From NCBI GenBank assembly GCA_028534125.1, contig CM052841.1, positions 64,542,001 to 64,606,000 on the forward strand: a stretch of 64,000 nt of DNA, written 5' to 3'. A program made the position numbers and the translations under genes. Positions 59,793-64,000 of the stretch are shown one piece after another. The stretch comes from Lama glama. Taxonomy: Eukaryota. Position 1 is the first letter of the stretch. Every line of letters starts with the position of its first letter. Below the pieces are notes generated by a model. It worked only from the letters and a program-made list of their open reading frames with translations. It was not told the origin of the DNA and did not search any database.

Positions 59793-62700
59793 CTGCAGCA
59801 AGGACAGACAAGGGCGGGGTCAGCCGCCTCTGTTCTCCATTGCGGCCCTGAGGCCCTGGGGCACTCAGCCAGGAGGGCTGCCCACCTAGGGAACCGCTCA
59901 GCGTCCTTACTCGGGAAGCATGCGGCCCTTCTCCCCGGGGCCTCCGCAGACAGACGGGTGCGCGCCAGGGCCGAGCACAAAACCTACCCGGCTTGGTGGA
60001 TGAGGGTTTCGGTACTAACGCTGGTTAAAATACTTCCTGCTAACAAGTGGCTCCCTGCAAACAGTTTTCCATACGTCTATTTTCCCCTCCAGCTGCACTG
60101 AGGTGTAACTGACACAGTATGTTGCGTCAGTTTAAGCTGTACAACACGTTTAATATTTTTCCAAGTGCCACCGATACGCCTCACGCAGGGACATCTCAGG
60201 GACCGTGACAGGAAGGGCAGTGCCTGCTTCATGGCCCTGGGAGGGGTCGGGGTGGCCGGCAGGCCTTGTCCTTACCCATGTTGTCCACCCCTCGAGGGAT
60301 TATCACGTCAGCATACTTCTTCGTCTGTAAGGCAAGAAAAGGAGGGTCTCGTAAGGGCCTGTCCTGAAGGTGATTTCAGCTTGCTTGGGGCCAGAGGCAG
60401 GGGAGCAGGCCCGGCCTGGCCCAGCAGGGTAGTTCTCAACCAGCTGAGAGACAGTGACCCCAGAAGTGAGGGAAAGGGGGCCAAGGCAGCCAGAGGAAAC
60501 GGCCCTGCTGTCCTGGTGTCTCTGAGGCTGCTCTCTCCATGAACACCGCTGCAGAGACTGGTTCTCTGTGCTGACGGCCTGCTTCCCTGGGCCAAGTGAA
60601 GCGGGCACCCTGCCCCTACACGGGGCCTTCCTCCGCTGGAGTCTGGGACCTTGACAAGAAGCCGGAGAAGCAAGTGGGGCAGGTGCAGCGTTCTCACCCC
60701 GGTGACAACAGGGCTGCACTGCAGGCGAGGATGTCCGCAGAGCCTGCGCCCTTCCGCCAGCGCCCTCACCTGCTCCCACGCCGGTAACTCACTCCCTGCC
60801 CAGTGCTCTGCGGAGTGACCAGGGACAGACACCAGGGGGTGCAGGGCCATCGGAGGGACCCCAACCAGATGCTGCTGAGGGGGCTGCATCTGAATCAACA
60901 GAGGGAGGCGAGGCAGAAAACGGTCTGAGCCAAGAGACAGACCGCACACCACCAAGTGTCGCTGGCGTGTGGATCTGGGGCAACGAGGCCCGTCACAAGA
61001 GATGAGCCCCCGGGGGCAGGTGGGACCGAGTCTTGGGGCCGCCGCGTCTGTAGGCAGCGGACACCCTCTAAAGACGTGAGCACAGGAGGACCAGGGCTGC
61101 CTTCTACCAGGCGGCCTCTCGCGGGGGCGCAGACGGTGGGCTGAGGGTGCAGAAGTGCAGCCCAGCAAAAAGCTGAGAAAGGGCTTCACTGTGGGGATGG
61201 TGGGCAGGGTCGGGGGGGGGGCATGACCAGGTTAGCTGGACTCAGTGTGTGGCTACATGTAACGGGTTGGGGGGAGAGGGAGGCTCAGGCTGAGAATGGT
61301 CCTGCCTCCAAGCGGGGGCGCCCAGTCACACGTGGTGTCCAAAGTTTTACCATCAGCTACCGACTTCGCGAAGTGTCTTTCTATGAATGAGAGACTACAA
61401 CAGTCCAGAAACTCATCGGCCATCAGTGTAGCTCTGTCCTACTTGTCTGCTGCCCGTTCCTTTGTGCTGTATTTTTACATTTAAGAAGCAAAATATTAAC
61501 AACCAAAAAAAAGCAGCAGCAAAATATTGTTAAATTTCCCTTTAAATCCCTCCACCAGTCCTATCCAGTGAGAAGTGTAAGATGGAGGAAGAGACAGGTG
61601 GCCACACACAGTGAGTCCCTCCTCTCTGCAAGCCGCTGGACCTTCCAGTGCCGGCCAAGGGCAGCCCAGAGACACACCTGGCATGGGTGACGTTATTAAG
61701 CACCTACTATGTGCCAGACACCATTTTGGCAGTGAACAGACAAAAACCCCTACCCTCGTGGAGCCTGCCATCCTAAGCAGGGATAGGGGAGCGCACGGTG
61801 TGTGTCAGCTGACAGGCAGGGCCCCGGGAAATGGCAGGTGTTGTGGGGGAAGGCCTGAGGCAGGGGGGATGCTGGCGGCAGGAAGACGGGGACCTGGGCT
61901 CTTTGAGGCAGCGAGGGTGGAAAGAACAGAGAACACATTCATAGCTAAGACCTGCTCCCTGTGAACTTAGCTACAATAAGCTAATTTCTCCATTTATACA
62001 GCAGACCCCATTTATACAGCACAACTCAGCTCTCAGAGAACAGGGCACTGTGGGTCCTTCTGAAAAGGGAGAGGGGAGGAGGTTCCCAAGTAAGCGAAAG
62101 GCAGTACCGGGAGGCAGAACTCCTCGAAGGCTGGCTTGACGAAGGTGGTGTACTGCGTCAGAATCTGCTCCAGGTCCCGGCCACGGTGCACGTCCCGAAG
62201 AACTGCAGCCACAGGAACAAGGCGGGGGCCTTCAGACCTCGGGCCTCGCAGCTGGCCAGAATGGAGGCAGGGAGGCCCGAGTTCACCTTACCTCTTCTTG
62301 ACAGCCTGACATCGGAGTCAGTGTCCACAAAGAGGCGCAGGTGGAACATGTCCCGGATCTCCTGGCTGTAGAACACCAAGATGCCCTCAAACAGGACCAC
62401 GTCTGCAGGGTAGACCACTGTGGTCTCCGCTAACCTGCGAGGCGAGAGCAGGTGGGGAGCCTGCAGTCAGCTTCAGTCCCCAGGCACTGACTCTGTGGTG
62501 AGCACAGATCCCAGTGCGGGAGAAGGGTGTCCCCAGAACCAGCAGGGCGGGGCCCACTGTGGGGTCCCAGGGGGGTTGTCTTCACCAGCCCCCAGCACAC
62601 AGCCCTCTCCTCCTAGGAACCACTTGCTTACCTTGAGTGGGTCACAAAATCATAGGTTGGGACCTCGACAGTTTTGCCTTCCACAATGTTTTTCAGAGTC

Positions 62701-63763
62701 CTGTGCATCAAATCGTTATCAAAAGCATCTGCAGGGAGGGAACAAGATGAGCCCAGTGTCCTTGTGCTGGGGACAGGAGGGAACTTGCCCTGCCTTGGGG
62801 TCAGCACAGCTGGGTGCAGGTACTACCAACGACCCTAAGAAACATTTGGACGAGGAGCTGCCTCTAGTTTATGTTTGCAGGATCTAAATCCCAGGATGGA
62901 TCTGTCCTTGCTGCCCTCAGGCATTGCCACTGCTCAGGTTACTGTCCCACCCAGAAGTTTGAACACAGGGATCTCCTAATCGGCCAGCCCTGGGAGGCAG
63001 GTGAGCCAGGCGTCTGCTTCTCAGGCCGCCTTCCATGTGTCCCCTGGAAAGGAATGAAGATGGGAGCCAGTCACAGAGTGGAATCTCCCAGTAGCAGCAG
63101 GCAGGGACAGGCTGGCCCTTCTGCCTGACCCACTCCATCTCCACCTGTTCTCCTGGCCCCTGATCAGACCAGGAAACAGGGCTTCAAGGCCTCTGGTTCT
63201 TGTTTACCCACTGCTGGCCTCTTGAGGCCTCTGCCCCAGGGTAGGTGGGGAACTGAAAGGCCATGGTGGTCGTGACCTGTGCAGAGGGCCACTAATAGCA
63301 GGGAGGTGAGTGGATTTCTCGACGACCACAGTTGTGGCAGAGCAGTGGTCCTGCAGGCCCTTCTGAGGTGAAGACATCCTGACTGGCTCCAATCAAAGGA
63401 GCCTGTAACTCCTGCAGCATCGCCCAGGGCCCGGAGAGCTCCGGAAAGACTTCCTGGCCTAACCACACAGCCGGCTCCAGCGCGGATTATTCAGGTGATT
63501 TCACGGAACCACTCAGGTTTCTCTGTATCCCTGTCCAACCCTGGACCCAGTCTCCCTGCTCTGCCCTCCTCCCACACACCCTCCCTACTCTCAGGGTCTC
63601 TACCTGGATGGTCGAAATTGTACTGTCCCTTCAAGGCCTTGGCCTTCTGTTCCGCAGTCAGGACCTTATAGAAACTGTCCTGACTGAGGATGACCAGCTT
63701 CCGCTGCCGGTGGTCTACTTCATTCTGTCCCAGCAGCTCCATGATCTTCTCACACACGGTTGA
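59611..63763 (-). CDS. UCK1: Uridine-cytidine kinase 1, exons 2-7; exon 1 lies beyond the window end
   Basis: Exons 63763-63604, 62728-62632, 62434-62292, 62202-62108, 60324-60276 and 59792-59611 splice in frame: [13 protein letters not shown]...YNFDHPDAFD...VVLFEGIL...[12 protein letters not shown]...HLESSSRPH*. The C-terminus is UCK1-type rather than UCK2-type. Confidence 0.96.
60276..60324 (-). CDS. UCK1: UCK1 exon 6 ([16 protein letters not shown])
   Basis: ttacag acceptor, G|gtaagg donor on - strand; 49 nt. Confidence 0.94.
62108..62202 (-). CDS. UCK1: UCK1 exon 5 ([31 protein letters not shown])
   Basis: ctgcag acceptor, CCG|gtactg donor on - strand. Confidence 0.94.
62292..62434 (-). 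CDS. UCK1: UCK1 exon 4 ([22 protein letters not shown]...RLSRR)
   Basis: tcgcag acceptor, G|gtaagg donor on - strand. Confidence 0.94.
62632..62728 (-). CDS. UCK1: UCK1 exon 3 ([32 protein letters not shown])
   Basis: ctgcag acceptor, AG|gtaagc donor on - strand. Confidence 0.94.
63604..63763 (-). CDS. UCK1: UCK1 exon 2 ([35 protein letters not shown]...YNFDHP)
   Basis: ccccag acceptor, G|gtagag donor on - strand. Confidence 0.94.
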
Positions 63764-64000
63764 CTGGGGACACAGAAACAGATCCCCGCCTGGAGACGCT
63801 CATCCCGCCGCGGGCGTTGGGGCCTGCACAGACCTGGCTTCTGGAGACGGACCCACCAGGTCCCGAGGGGCTGCCAGGTCCGTCAGGGGCAACGCGGACC
63901 TGGAAGCTACGAGAGGCCAGGCCAACGGGAGGCTTGGGGGGAGCCCCGAGGTCCAGCGCCCCACTCCCGGCCCACGCCCTGTCGGGGCCCAGTCCGTCAC

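Noticed and set aside
60308-61189. 293-aa ORF within a UCK1 intron on the same strand
   Set aside because: No homology recognised, it runs into exon 6 out of frame, and UCK1 is already complete and in frame without it.
63665-63685. UCK1 reads QDSFY where I recall QDRFY in human UCK1
   Set aside because: This position appears variable among UCK1/UCK2 sequences; exon structure, C-terminus and synteny all support an ordinary UCK1.

Overview
Mammalian genomic DNA, most likely a camelid (a Vic-1-type tRNA-derived SINE sits at 45571-45669). It is syntenic to the human PRRC2B-POMT1-UCK1 block. On the + strand it holds the 3' ~80% of PRRC2B: 22 visible coding exons from 2172 to the stop at 37400, one further exon inferred inside the N gap at 35967-36106, and a ~4.3 kb 3'UTR. 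Two intronic C/D-box snoRNAs (SNORD62A/B) lie within PRRC2B. A CpG-island promoter follows, then the complete POMT1 gene (19 coding exons, 2175 nt, 724 aa). On the - strand are exons 2-7 of UCK1, converging tail-to-tail with POMT1. Every exon was checked by hand for GT/AG boundaries and reading-frame continuity. I found no convincing previously undescribed gene system. The best leads are regulatory or lineage-specific: a pure (CAG)22 polyQ tract abutting a PRRC2B splice donor, an RBFOX-motif cluster behind the frame-symmetric 2064-nt giant exon, candidate poison or alternative C-terminal exons in a late PRRC2B intron, independently evolved external stems around the two SNORD62 copies, a strong cryptic donor inside POMT1 exon 17, and interlocked POMT1/UCK1 poly(A) signals. 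Comparisons to human or mouse sequences are from memory and need checking by alignment. Repeat family names and boundaries are approximate.
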